Assembly (NCBI RefSeq): GCF_000199675.1
Contig: NC_014960.1
Span: 3,340,561-3,372,560, forward strand
DNA from: Anaerolinea thermophila UNI-1
Lineage (GTDB): Bacteria; Chloroflexota; Anaerolineae; Anaerolineales; Anaerolineaceae
Direction: 5' to 3'
Length of the DNA: 32,000 nt
Positions 22,295 to 30,961 of the stretch are shown in pieces. Made by a program: the position numbers and the translations under genes. Below the pieces are notes generated by a model, which saw only the letters and a list, made by a program, of their open reading frames with translations, had not been told where the DNA came from and made no database searches. The first letter of the stretch is position 1. The number at the start of each line of letters is the position of its first letter.

Positions 22295-24679
22295 TTACCG
22301 ACGCAGACTGTCGCGCCGCAGAGCGTTCAGGGCTTCGCGGTATTCCTGCACATTGGGCGGGTTGAGCGAGACAATCGTCTCCAGCAGGTTAATGGCTTCC
22401 ATCACCTTACCCTCGTCCAGGTAGAGGTTGGCGGCGGCGTCCATCTGCGCCACGCCTTCCTCGATGCGCCCTTCGCGCACCAGCAAATCTGCCAGGCGGC
22501 GGGAAAGGTCCACATTGGGACCAACCTCAGCGAGCAGGTCCTGCAGGAACTGCACGGCTTGAGCGCGCCTGCCGGTGCTTTCCATGAGGTTGATGAACGA
22601 ATCCACCTCGCCCAGGGCGGCGGCAGACTGCCCCATGCGCAGGTTCAACTGCACCAACTGCAGGCGGGTCTGCGGATTATCGGGCTGGATGGTACGGATT
22701 TGCTCGTAAATACGCAGTGCCTGACGGAAATTGAGCCTCTGCATGTCAATATCCGCCACCTTGAGCAGAATCTCCACGCCCCAGGTGCGGTTCTGGCGGG
22801 ACTGCTGGGCAATCTTCAGGGCATTGAGGTAAGTCTGGCGGGCTTTGTCCAGTTCTGCCAGGCGGTAGTAAGCGTCTGCCAGTTCCATGTACTCTTCCAG
22901 GGCTTCATCAATGCGTTCCTGGGTCACCAGCAGTTCAATCAGTTGCTCGCGCACTTCCAAATCCATGGGGTTCATCTGCAGAACGCGACGGTAGAGGCGC
23001 GCCGCACGGGCAACCTCGCCACGCACGGCATACAGTTCAGCCACCACCTGAAACTTACGGCTGGCATCCTCGGTCCGCCCTTCCCGCAACAACAGTTCGC
23101 CCACCTGCTCGTGCAGGGGCAGGTAATGCGGCGCCAACTGCAGGGCGTAAAAGGCTTCTTCCTGCGCCGTGCGCGTCAAGCCCATTTGAGAAAGTTCCCG
23201 CACCCGCGCAATGGCTTCCACCACCTGACTGCCGCGCGTCTCCAGCAAAATCTCCGCCACCGGCGAGGGCGGCGCATCGGGGGCAACTTGCGGCAGGTTC
23301 TGGCGGGCTTTGGCAAGCAAATCGCGCCAGTCGGAACGCATCAGTTGATCGCGTACCTGGATGCACAGGTTTTCCAGGCTCTTCAGGTCTTCCTCACTGG
23401 CAACCGCATCCACCAGCGGTTCGTAAGACTGGCGCAGGGCTTCCTGATGGGCTTCGGGCACCAGCGCCACATCGGCTTGTGCCAGCGCCTGCAGGTAGGC
23501 ACCCGCCGCTTCGGGGTACATCCCCTTGTCCAACAGAATTTTGCCGCGCAAGAGGCTGGACGGCAGAAGATATTCGGGGTGCTTGGCGGCTTCCTGCAGG
23601 TAGCGCAGGGCTTTGTCGCCATCGCGTTCTGCCAGCAGGTAGCCCAAATCGTAGTACAGGGCGGCATGGCGCAAGCCGGCATCAGCGGCGCGTTCCAGTT
23701 CGGCAATGGCATTGCTCACATCGCCCTGCATTTGCGAGTCGATGGCTTGTCCGATGTGCAGCGCCATGCGGGTGCGGTCGCCCGCCATACTGAGCGGACC
23801 GGTCACACCGCGCGCCAGAGCGGCAAGCCCACTGCGCGGCGCCGGTTCGCGCTGTGATTCTTCCACCTGATCAAATAACAGGGATGCCAGTTGTTCCAGA
23901 GCCTTCTGGCGTCCCTCTTCCAGGGGATTCAAGCCCGTGCTTTCGGTTTTCTGCGCAGACTTCCCTTTTTCCTCACCGCGCACCGATGCCATGCGAATCG
24001 GCCCGGTACTGCCTTTGGGGCGGGACGGCGGGGGCAGTAACTGATTGGTTCTCAACATGTGCAGGGCAAAGCGCGCTTCCTGGCTTTCGGGCATCAGGCG
24101 CAGGGCATATTCCACCGATTTAAGCGCGCGGGTCATATCGCCGGTGCGCTGGAAAAGGCTGGCAATGGCAACATACTCGTTGATGGCTTCCATCTTGCGC
24201 CCCATGCGCTCGTACACTGCGGCAAGGCGCTGGCGAGTCGGCAGGTGCTCCGGAAACAGACTGAGCACGTGCACCCAGTCCTCAATGGCTTTGTCCACGT
24301 CGCGGGCGCGCAGATGCAGTTCCGCCGCCTGCAGGCATACCTCGCTGGCTTCCTTGAGTTTGCCCATGCGCTCGTAAATTCGCGTCAATTTCTCGTAGGG
24401 CACGGGGTCGGTAGGGGCAATCTTAGAGGCGCGCTGGTAACACTCCAGCGCGCGCTCGTACTCGCCCAATTCAAAATACGCCAGCCCCAGGCTGGAAAGC
24501 GCCAGGGGACTATCGGGCATCTCATCCAGCGCCTGGGCGTAGTACTGGGCGGCTTTCACCCAGTCCTGGTCCCATGCGGCGGAATGCCCCTGATTCATTG
24601 CCTGTTGGAAAACTGCCTGATTGCCTGCCATATCCTTAAGAATAACATGATTTTGATTCTCCCAACGCGGCTTTGCCAA
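22295..24679 (-). CDS. Tetratricopeptide (TPR) repeat protein
   Basis: 794 aa, with TPR-like 34-residue periodicity throughout (e.g. ALSSLGLAYFELGEYERALECYQRASKIAP). The start is TTG 24679, 24 nt after the polA stop. The alternative is ATG 24631. Confidence 0.85.
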   Translation of the reverse strand: MAKPRWENQNHVILKDMAGNQAVFQQAMNQGHSAAWDQDWVKAAQYYAQALDEMPDSPLALSSLGLAYFELGEYERALECYQRASKIAPTDPVPYEKLTRIYERMGKLKEASEVCLQAAELHLRARDVDKAIEDWVHVLSLFPEHLPTRQRLAAVYERMGRKMEAINEYVAIASLFQRTGDMTRALKSVEYALRLMPESQEARFALHMLRTNQLLPPPSRPKGSTGPIRMASVRGEEKGKSAQKTESTGLNPLEEGRQKALEQLASLLFDQVEESQREPAPRSGLAALARGVTGPLSMAGDRTRMALHIGQAIDSQMQGDVSNAIAELERAADAGLRHAALYYDLGYLLAERDGDKALRYLQEAAKHPEYLLPSSLLRGKILLDKGMYPEAAGAYLQALAQADVALVPEAHQEALRQSYEPLVDAVASEEDLKSLENLCIQVRDQLMRSDWRDLLAKARQNLPQVAPDAPPSPVAEILLETRGSQVVEAIARVRELSQMGLTRTAQEEAFYALQLAPHYLPLHEQVGELLLREGRTEDASRKFQVVAELYAVRGEVARAARLYRRVLQMNPMDLEVREQLIELLVTQERIDEALEEYMELADAYYRLAELDKARQTYLNALKIAQQSRQNRTWGVEILLKVADIDMQRLNFRQALRIYEQIRTIQPDNPQTRLQLVQLNLRMGQSAAALGEVDSFINLMESTGRRAQAVQFLQDLLAEVGPNVDLSRRLADLLVREGRIEEGVAQMDAAANLYLDEGKVMEAINLLETIVSLNPPNVQEYREALNALRRDSLRR

Positions 24680-24703
24680 ATTGTTGGGAAACTGAAATGT
24701 GTC

Positions 24704-27520
24704 TCATTCCAGAGGCGTCATCTCTCCCCAGTTCTTTCCCCAGCGGGCTTCGGTGGTGAGGGGAATTTGCAGGGGGTAGGCTGTCTCCATGACGTGCTGT
24801 ACCAGTTTTGCCGTCCCGGGCATTTCCTCGCGTGGCACTTCCAGCACCAGTTCATCATGCACCTGCAACAGCAGGCGCGCCCGACTGCCCGCCGCGCGCA
24901 GTGCCTCGGGCAGGCGAATCATCGCCAGTTTGATGATGTCCGCCGCCGTGCCCTGAATGGGGGCATTGATAGCTTCTCGTTCCTCGCGGGCTTTGAGCGC
25001 CGGGTTGGCGGGGTTCTTGAGATTGGGAAAATAGCGGCGGCGTCCCAGCAGGGTTTCCACGTAGCCCTCACGGGCGGCGCGGCGGCGCAGGTCGTCCAGA
25101 AAACGCTTGACGCCGGGGAACTGCTCAAAGTAGGCTTTGACGAAGTTCTCGGCTTCCGCCAGCGTCAGGTCGGCGGAGCGGCTCAACCCGAAGGCGCTCA
25201 TCCCGTAAATCAGCCCGAAGTTGATGGCTTTGGCGTGACGGCGCATCTCGCGCGTCACCGCTTCCAGCGGCACGCCATAAATTGCCGCGGCGGTGGCGGC
25301 GTGAATGTCCTGCCCGGCGCGGAACGCCGCCAGCATGGCTTCGTCATTGGCAACGTGCGCCACAATGCGCAGTTCAATCTGCGAATAGTCCACCGAGAGC
25401 AGGACCCAGCCCTCATCGGCGATGAAGGCGTTGCGCACCTGCCGTCCGAGGTCGGTGCGGGTGGGGATGTTCTGCAAATTGGGGTCGGAAGATGCCAGCC
25501 GCCCGGTCACCGAACCGGTCTGATTGAAGCGGGTGTGCACCCTGCCGGTGCGCGGATTGACCTGCTGAGGCAGGGCGTCCACATAGGTAGATTTGAGTTT
25601 GCTCAACTCGCGGTTTTCGAGGATTAAATCCAGCACCGGATGCCTGCCGCGCAGTTCTTCCAGCACCTCTGCCGAGGTGGAGTACAGCCCGGCGCTGGTC
25701 TTCTTGCGGCGGTCGGGCGGTTCGAGGCGCAATTCCTCAAACAGCACCCGCGATAACTGCTGAGTGGAATTGATGTTGAAGGGGTGTCCCACCAGGGCGT
25801 AAATTTCTTTTTCAATTTCCGCCAGGCGCTGGCTGAGTTCCACGCCCATGCGCTGAAGGAAAGGCACATCCAGCAGGATGCCGTTCCACTCCATGTCCGC
25901 CAGCACCGGCACCAGGGGCATCTCCACGTCCTGGAACAGGCGGGTGACGCCGGCTTTGAGCATGCGCTCTTCCAGAATGGGCTTGAGCCGCAGGGTGATT
26001 TCGGCATCGGCGGCGGCGTAGGGGGCAACCTGCGCAACGGAAACCTGCGCCATGGTGCGCTGATTCTTGCCCGTGCCGATGAGTTCCTCAATGCGGGTCA
26101 TCTGCACGCCCAGGTAGCGCTCCGCCATTTCCTTCAGCCCGAGGGCGCGCGAAGCCGGATCAACCAGCCACTCGGCAAGCAGGGTATCGAACGCCAGTCC
26201 CTGCGCTTCCATGCCCGCCAGACGCAGTGCCAGCAAATCGTACTTGAGGTTTTGTCCCACCTTGGGTTTGCGCGGGTCGCCGAGGAAGGGGGCAAGGGCA
26301 TCGCGGATGCTTTCCAGCGGCAACTGCGGCTCGCCGGTGAGGTGTCCCACCGGCAGGTAGTAGCCCGTGCCGGGTTCTACCGCCAGCGAGATGCCCACCA
26401 GCGCGCCGTTCAGCGGGTCGGTGGAAGTGGTTTCGGTGTCCAGGGCAATCCACTCGGCTTGCGCCAGTTTGGCGCACAACTCCGCCAGCGTTTCGGGGGT
26501 GTTGACGATAACTGTGTTCAGGTCGTGCTGGGGCGGGAGACCCACGCGCACAATTTCTTCGCCGAAGAGGGACAACTGCCCAATGCTGGTCGGCTCCGGG
26601 GGAATGAGCGGTACCTGCTGGGGAGCGCTGGCGGCGGAGATGCCGAAGATTTTCTCCATGCGGGTAATGAGCGAGCGGAACTCCATGCGGCGGAAGAAAT
26701 CCAGCACCTTCTCCACGGGGATGGCATCGGTGCGGGCTTGCGCCAGTTCCAGCGTGATGTGCAGGTCGCGCTTGATGGTCGCCAGTTCCCGGCTCATAAA
26801 CGCCATTTCGCGCCCTTCTTCCAGTTTCTGGCGCACTTTAGCGGGCAGGTCGTCCAGGTGGGCGTAGATGTCTTCCAGATGGGCGTAATCCTTCAGCAGG
26901 GCAAGGGCGGTCTTCTCGCCAATGCCGCGCACGCCGGGGATGTTATCCGAGGGATCGCCTGCCAGGGCTTTGAAATCCACCACCTGATCGGGGCGGATCC
27001 CCAGGTAGGCTTGCACATCTTCCTGACGGACGAAATCCCTGGCTTCGCTGAGTTTACTCCCTGCCAGGTTGACGGCAATGCGCTCGTCCACCAACTGCAA
27101 GAGGTCGCGGTCGCCGGTGATGATCTTGACGCCAAAGCCCTGTTTGACCGCCTGATGGGCAATCGAGGCGATGATGTCGTCGGCTTCGTAGCCGTTCAGT
27201 TCCAGGCGGGGGAAGCCAAAGACGTCCACCAGTTCGCGGATGCGCTCCATCTGCATGCGCAGGTCGTCGGGCATTTTAGCGCGGGTGGCTTTGTACTCGG
27301 AGTAAATCTGGTCGCGGAAGGAATAGCCGCCGTCAAAGGCAACCGCCAGATATTCGGGCTTGTCCTGCTCCAGCAGGCGCAACAGCACGCTGGCAAAACC
27401 GTACACGCCCGCGGTGGGTTCGCCACTGGCAGTGGAAAGGCGCATTCCTGAAGTAGTGAGGGCAAAAAAGGCGCGGTAGGCTAAGGCGTGACCGTCAATC
27501 AAATACAGCACTGGGGGCAT
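24704..27520 (-). CDS. polA: DNA polymerase I (5'-3' exonuclease, 3'-5' exonuclease and polymerase domains)
   Basis: LYLIDGHALAYRAFF (5' nuclease). ALDTETTS (Exo I). Motif A LLSVDYSQIELR, motif B RRHAKAINFGLIYGM, motif C LLLQVHDELVLE. ATG 27520 with GGAG upstream is preferred over TTG 27541. Confidence 0.95.
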   Translation of the reverse strand: MPPVLYLIDGHALAYRAFFALTTSGMRLSTASGEPTAGVYGFASVLLRLLEQDKPEYLAVAFDGGYSFRDQIYSEYKATRAKMPDDLRMQMERIRELVDVFGFPRLELNGYEADDIIASIAHQAVKQGFGVKIITGDRDLLQLVDERIAVNLAGSKLSEARDFVRQEDVQAYLGIRPDQVVDFKALAGDPSDNIPGVRGIGEKTALALLKDYAHLEDIYAHLDDLPAKVRQKLEEGREMAFMSRELATIKRDLHITLELAQARTDAIPVEKVLDFFRRMEFRSLITRMEKIFGISAASAPQQVPLIPPEPTSIGQLSLFGEEIVRVGLPPQHDLNTVIVNTPETLAELCAKLAQAEWIALDTETTSTDPLNGALVGISLAVEPGTGYYLPVGHLTGEPQLPLESIRDALAPFLGDPRKPKVGQNLKYDLLALRLAGMEAQGLAFDTLLAEWLVDPASRALGLKEMAERYLGVQMTRIEELIGTGKNQRTMAQVSVAQVAPYAAADAEITLRLKPILEERMLKAGVTRLFQDVEMPLVPVLADMEWNGILLDVPFLQRMGVELSQRLAEIEKEIYALVGHPFNINSTQQLSRVLFEELRLEPPDRRKKTSAGLYSTSAEVLEELRGRHPVLDLILENRELSKLKSTYVDALPQQVNPRTGRVHTRFNQTGSVTGRLASSDPNLQNIPTRTDLGRQVRNAFIADEGWVLLSVDYSQIELRIVAHVANDEAMLAAFRAGQDIHAATAAAIYGVPLEAVTREMRRHAKAINFGLIYGMSAFGLSRSADLTLAEAENFVKAYFEQFPGVKRFLDDLRRRAAREGYVETLLGRRRYFPNLKNPANPALKAREEREAINAPIQGTAADIIKLAMIRLPEALRAAGSRARLLLQVHDELVLEVPREEMPGTAKLVQHVMETAYPLQIPLTTEARWGKNWGEMTPLE

Positions 27521-27537
27521 GAGACGCTCCGATAAAT

Positions 27538-29190
27538 TCAATGGGATGAATCTGCCGGGGGCTGAGAAGACATCTCCACGGATGAGGAAAGCCGCGGCAG
27601 GGAGGCGGAGGACGAGGGTGGCAGGACGCCCTGGCGGCGGCGAGTCTCTTCGATGTAATCGCGCAGAAGGCGCGGCGAGGGCGGCTGAGGACCGCTGACG
27701 ATGAGGTAGCCGCTTGCCCAGAAATCGCCGGAGGGGTTTTCCTCTGCCAGGGCAGGGAAATGTTCAAAGATGAAAGACGAGGTGCGCTGGCGGATGACGC
27801 GGATGACCGATGCCGGCGCAATGGACGGGCTGACCTGCACCGACCACTGCATGTACTGCGGGCGCACGGCGATGCCTTCCAGACGCCAGCCAAACGCCAG
27901 GCACAACTGCTGTACCCGCTGGCTGACCTGCTCGCCCAGCGCGCCGGTGAGGAAGTGCGAGGGCAGGCGCGGAATCAGCACGCAGGTGTAGAAAATCTGG
28001 CTGAACGAGGTAGAAACCGGTTCGATTTGCTGAATGCTGGTCAAATCGGGCAGAATGGTGGCATGGTTGACCGCCAGTTCCTCTTCCTCCGGGAGCAGGG
28101 CGGGCAGGGTCTCTGCAGTGGCGACCTGGCTGGAAACCGTCCCGGCAGGCGAGGACGCTTCCGCTGGCGGAGCGGGCGCCTCGCTGACCGGCGGGACGGG
28201 CATGGGCGTTTTCGCCGGCGTGGCGGGCAGTTCGGCTTCCACGCGCGGCAGGGAGAGGTCAATCTCCGGCACCCACTCGCCGCCGGGTTGCGGGTCGGGC
28301 GGGGGGACATCGCCAAGCAAATCTGCCAGCGAGAGCAGTTCGGGCAGGGCTTCTTCGCCGGTGTTCTCTTCTTCGGGGAGAGGTTCTTCAGCAGGCGCTA
28401 TGGCGGGCTTTTGCGGGGCAGTTTGGGGTTGCGGCGCGGGGGAGGGCTCCACCGGCGCGTGAGGCACGCCATTCGCCAGCGTGCGGCTCATCTGCAGGGC
28501 TTCGGCGCGGATGCGGCTGAGCGGCGTTTTGAGGGGGTACACCAGTCCCAGCGCCACCTGCGGGGAGACGGCGGTGACGTAGAGGATGCGCTCGCCGAGT
28601 TCCTCGCTCAGGCGGGCAAAGCGCACCACATCACTGGGCTCGGGCATCTCCCAGAGGCGTTGAATCTGGGATTGCAGGGCGTCAACGGCGGGAGTACGCA
28701 CCACCTGCGCGCCATTGCGATGCACAATCATCCCGCCCTCGGCAGTGCTGTTTGCCAGCAGGCGCTCCAGCGCCTGCTCATCCACCCACTCGGGCAGGGA
28801 TTCATCCGGTACGGGGGGCAGGGGAGTTTCCTCGCCATCCAGCCTTGCCAGCAGGTCGAGCAAATCGGGCAGGTAAAAGGGGCGGGAAAGATAGCCATGC
28901 GCAGGAATGTCGCGCACGGTGGGATGCTCCGGGTTGTTTTCGGGGGGAATCAGCACCAGTTTCAAGCCGGGGTGGTCGTGCAACAGCACCGCGCTGATCT
29001 CGGCAAGCGGCAGGTCGGGCAAATCGCAGTCCAGAATGACCACGCGGTAATAGGGATTGATGACCGCGGCGGCGGCTTCGCGGGCGGTACTCACCACGCG
29101 CACCTGATAGCGCCCATCCTCTTCCAGGCTGAGGCGAATCAGTTCACCAAAGGCGGTATGCGGCGTGGCTACCAGTACCGAGACGCTCAT
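27538..29190 (-). CDS. Pseudo-receiver domain protein with Pro-rich linker and C-terminal IS200/IS605 TnpA-like (Y1) domain lacking the HUH histidines
   Basis: 550-aa ORF. aa 1-116 have a receiver-like layout (VLVATPH, VVILDCDLPD, LVLIPP, GYLSRPF). aa 241-375 are P/E/A-rich. aa 396-520 are colinear with TnpA landmarks (details in findings). The stop lies 17 nt before the polA ATG. Confidence 0.85.
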   Translation of the reverse strand: MSVSVLVATPHTAFGELIRLSLEEDGRYQVRVVSTAREAAAAVINPYYRVVILDCDLPDLPLAEISAVLLHDHPGLKLVLIPPENNPEHPTVRDIPAHGYLSRPFYLPDLLDLLARLDGEETPLPPVPDESLPEWVDEQALERLLANSTAEGGMIVHRNGAQVVRTPAVDALQSQIQRLWEMPEPSDVVRFARLSEELGERILYVTAVSPQVALGLVYPLKTPLSRIRAEALQMSRTLANGVPHAPVEPSPAPQPQTAPQKPAIAPAEEPLPEEENTGEEALPELLSLADLLGDVPPPDPQPGGEWVPEIDLSLPRVEAELPATPAKTPMPVPPVSEAPAPPAEASSPAGTVSSQVATAETLPALLPEEEELAVNHATILPDLTSIQQIEPVSTSFSQIFYTCVLIPRLPSHFLTGALGEQVSQRVQQLCLAFGWRLEGIAVRPQYMQWSVQVSPSIAPASVIRVIRQRTSSFIFEHFPALAEENPSGDFWASGYLIVSGPQPPSPRLLRDYIEETRRRQGVLPPSSSASLPRLSSSVEMSSQPPADSSH

Positions 29191-29298
29191 AAGATACTTT
29201 TAGTGTATCACAAAAGCGTCAGAAGGGATTCAGCCCAACGAAGCAGGGGGGCGCCAAGACATGCCCTTCAGCAAGATCAGGACGTGGTTTGCGCTTGC

Positions 29299-29344
29299 CG
29301 AGCCTGTCGAGGCAAGCCTACGGTTCGGCAGGCTCAGGGCGCGG
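29299..29344. repeat. REP-like inverted pair (GAGCCTGTCGA ... TCGGCAGGCTC) including one 21-nt unit
   Basis: GAGCCTGTCGA (29300-29310) pairs with TCGGCAGGCTC (29325-29335): 11 bp with one G-T wobble and a 14-nt loop. The unit TTCGGCAGGCTCAGGGCGCGG spans 29324-29344. Confidence 0.75.
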
Positions 29345-29345
29345 T

Positions 29346-29579
29346 TCAGCGGTTCAACAAACGCGCAATCACATTGAGCAATACGGTGAGAATTAAACTG
29401 AGGACAATCGAAGCCAGCAGGGGGAAAATGCAGGTCACCCCGCCGCCCTCGATGCGAATCGTCCCCGGAATGCGGCTGAGGTCGGGCAGAAAGCGTCCTG
29501 CCAGCCAGAGCAGACCGCTCACCAACAAAAGAATCAGCCCCAAAAGCATCAAGCCTGTGCCGATGCGTTCCAGCGCCAT
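29346..29579 (-). CDS. DUF2905-family small membrane protein
   Basis: 77 aa with two TM helices. The central IPGTIRIEGGGVTCIFPLLASIVLSLILTVLLN matches the family pattern I remember (PGDI.i...n..fyfP....i..S). Confidence 0.8.
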   Translation of the reverse strand: MALERIGTGLMLLGLILLLVSGLLWLAGRFLPDLSRIPGTIRIEGGGVTCIFPLLASIVLSLILTVLLNVIARLLNR

Positions 29580-29583
29580 AGGC

Positions 29584-29889
29584 TCACCTCAACCAGTCGC
29601 CAATCTCCGCCCAGGCGTACTCCAGATGATCCGCCAGCACCCGCCCGGCTTTGCGCGCCACGTGACGGTAAGCGTACTCCATTAATGCCCGCCCGCCAAT
29701 GGCATTCAGGCGCTCGCCAATCTCGCGGGCGCGGATGTGGCGCAATTGCAGGTTAAAACCGGGGGTAAAGCGCTCGGCGAGGAAATCCTCACGCTTGCCG
29801 ATGTCCACCAGTTCGTCCAGCAGGCGCGTCACTTCGGCGTGCGCCGAGGCAGGATAAGGCTTGAAAAAAAGGTCGCGAAACAGACTCAT
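29584..29889 (-). CDS. Hypothetical protein, 101 aa
   Basis: GC3-rich, coding-like ORF. Its ATG overlaps the GNAT stop (ATGA) and its stop lies 4 nt before the DUF2905 start. No domain recognised. Confidence 0.65.
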   Translation of the reverse strand: MSLFRDLFFKPYPASAHAEVTRLLDELVDIGKREDFLAERFTPGFNLQLRHIRAREIGERLNAIGGRALMEYAYRHVARKAGRVLADHLEYAWAEIGDWLR

Positions 29890-30344
29890 GCTCGTTCCTC
29901 AGGCTGTTCCAGGTCTTTTTGCATCCATACCACCTGGGTAGTGCCAAAGTAATGGGTGGGCAACCCGGCAATGCGGTAGCCCAGTTTCTCAAAGTAATTG
30001 GTAGTATTCAGGCGGGCATAGCACCCCAGCACGCAGAAGCCGCGCTTGCGGGCTTCTTCTTCCACATGGGCAACCAGCATCTTGCCAATGCCCTTCTTCT
30101 GATAGGCAGGCGCCACCGCCAGATGCGAAAACCAGCCCACCCCCGGCTCTTTTTCGAACAGTTTGACCACGCCGACGATTTCACGCGTATCCTCGCGTAC
30201 CGCCATGAAATGCTGGCTGAGCGGTTCGTAATCGTCCTTTTCCGTGCCGCGCGGCTGCCCCCACGGCTCGCGCAGGACGCGGTAGCGCAGGTCGTAGTAG
30301 GCTTTGAACTCGTCGCGGGTGGTGGGAGATTGAATGATAATCAT
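29886..30344 (-). CDS. GNAT-family N-acetyltransferase
   Basis: Acetyl-CoA binding motif LAVAPAYQKKGIGKMLV and the typical C-terminal NYFEKLGYRIAG. ATG 30344 is preceded by AGGAG. The track start TTG 30362 is rejected. Confidence 0.85.
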   Translation of the reverse strand: MIIIQSPTTRDEFKAYYDLRYRVLREPWGQPRGTEKDDYEPLSQHFMAVREDTREIVGVVKLFEKEPGVGWFSHLAVAPAYQKKGIGKMLVAHVEEEARKRGFCVLGCYARLNTTNYFEKLGYRIAGLPTHYFGTTQVVWMQKDLEQPEERA

Positions 30345-30442
30345 CAGGGCTCCTTGCCGCAAAGGGATGATTAAAAATTATAACCCATCCCTTTCCCAAT
30401 GCAGGGGAAAATGGAAGCCCACTCTGAAGAATAAAAAAAGGG

Positions 30443-30961
30443 TCAGGCTTGTGGGGGTTGAGGCGGCGGGGTGGGTTTATTGCGCCCGAAGGGCAGCATC
30501 AAAATAAAGCCAATGGCAATCAGCAACTGTCCAACTTCAACCCCGCGCGCCTGCCACTCTCCAAAGTAGGGAATGCCCGGTAAAGCATGACTGCCCATGC
30601 CGAAGATATCCGCCATACCGGCAAACACGGCGATAACGTACCCCGTTGCCACCAGGCGCTGACCGATATCCGCGGCAATGCTGAGCGGATCGCCTTTCCA
30701 CAGCGCCAGCAGGCTGATATACCCGCCGATGCAGATAATCGCCAGCCCGATGAGGAACACGGCAATCTGCACAAAGCCAATCACCGGACTGCGATCCAGC
30801 CCAAACAGACCGGGACGCGCACCCATCAGGAACACCAGGAAACCGAAGAGGGTCAGAATCAAGCCTGTACGGGCGCGGCGGTGCCAGTAGCGGTAGGGTC
30901 GCGTTACCGAATTGCTGGCGGCGACCGGCGGGGGAGTGTTTTGGGAGATCTGTGCAGTCAT
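30443..30961 (-). CDS. Hypothetical 4-TM membrane protein
   Basis: About 172 aa with four hydrophobic helices. ATG 30961 overlaps the upstream TGA by 1 nt (GTG 30964 is also possible). Pro-rich C-terminus. Confidence 0.7.
   Translation of the reverse strand: MTAQISQNTPPPVAASNSVTRPYRYWHRRARTGLILTLFGFLVFLMGARPGLFGLDRSPVIGFVQIAVFLIGLAIICIGGYISLLALWKGDPLSIAADIGQRLVATGYVIAVFAGMADIFGMGSHALPGIPYFGEWQARGVEVGQLLIAIGFILMLPFGRNKPTPPPQPPQA

Noticed and set aside
27631-28005. Active IS200/IS605 insertion sequence
   Set aside because: The TnpA-like segment is an in-frame C-terminal domain of a 550-aa protein. The HUH histidines are substituted (YMQ). No tnpB and no subterminal hairpin ends flank it. It is therefore not called as a mobile element.
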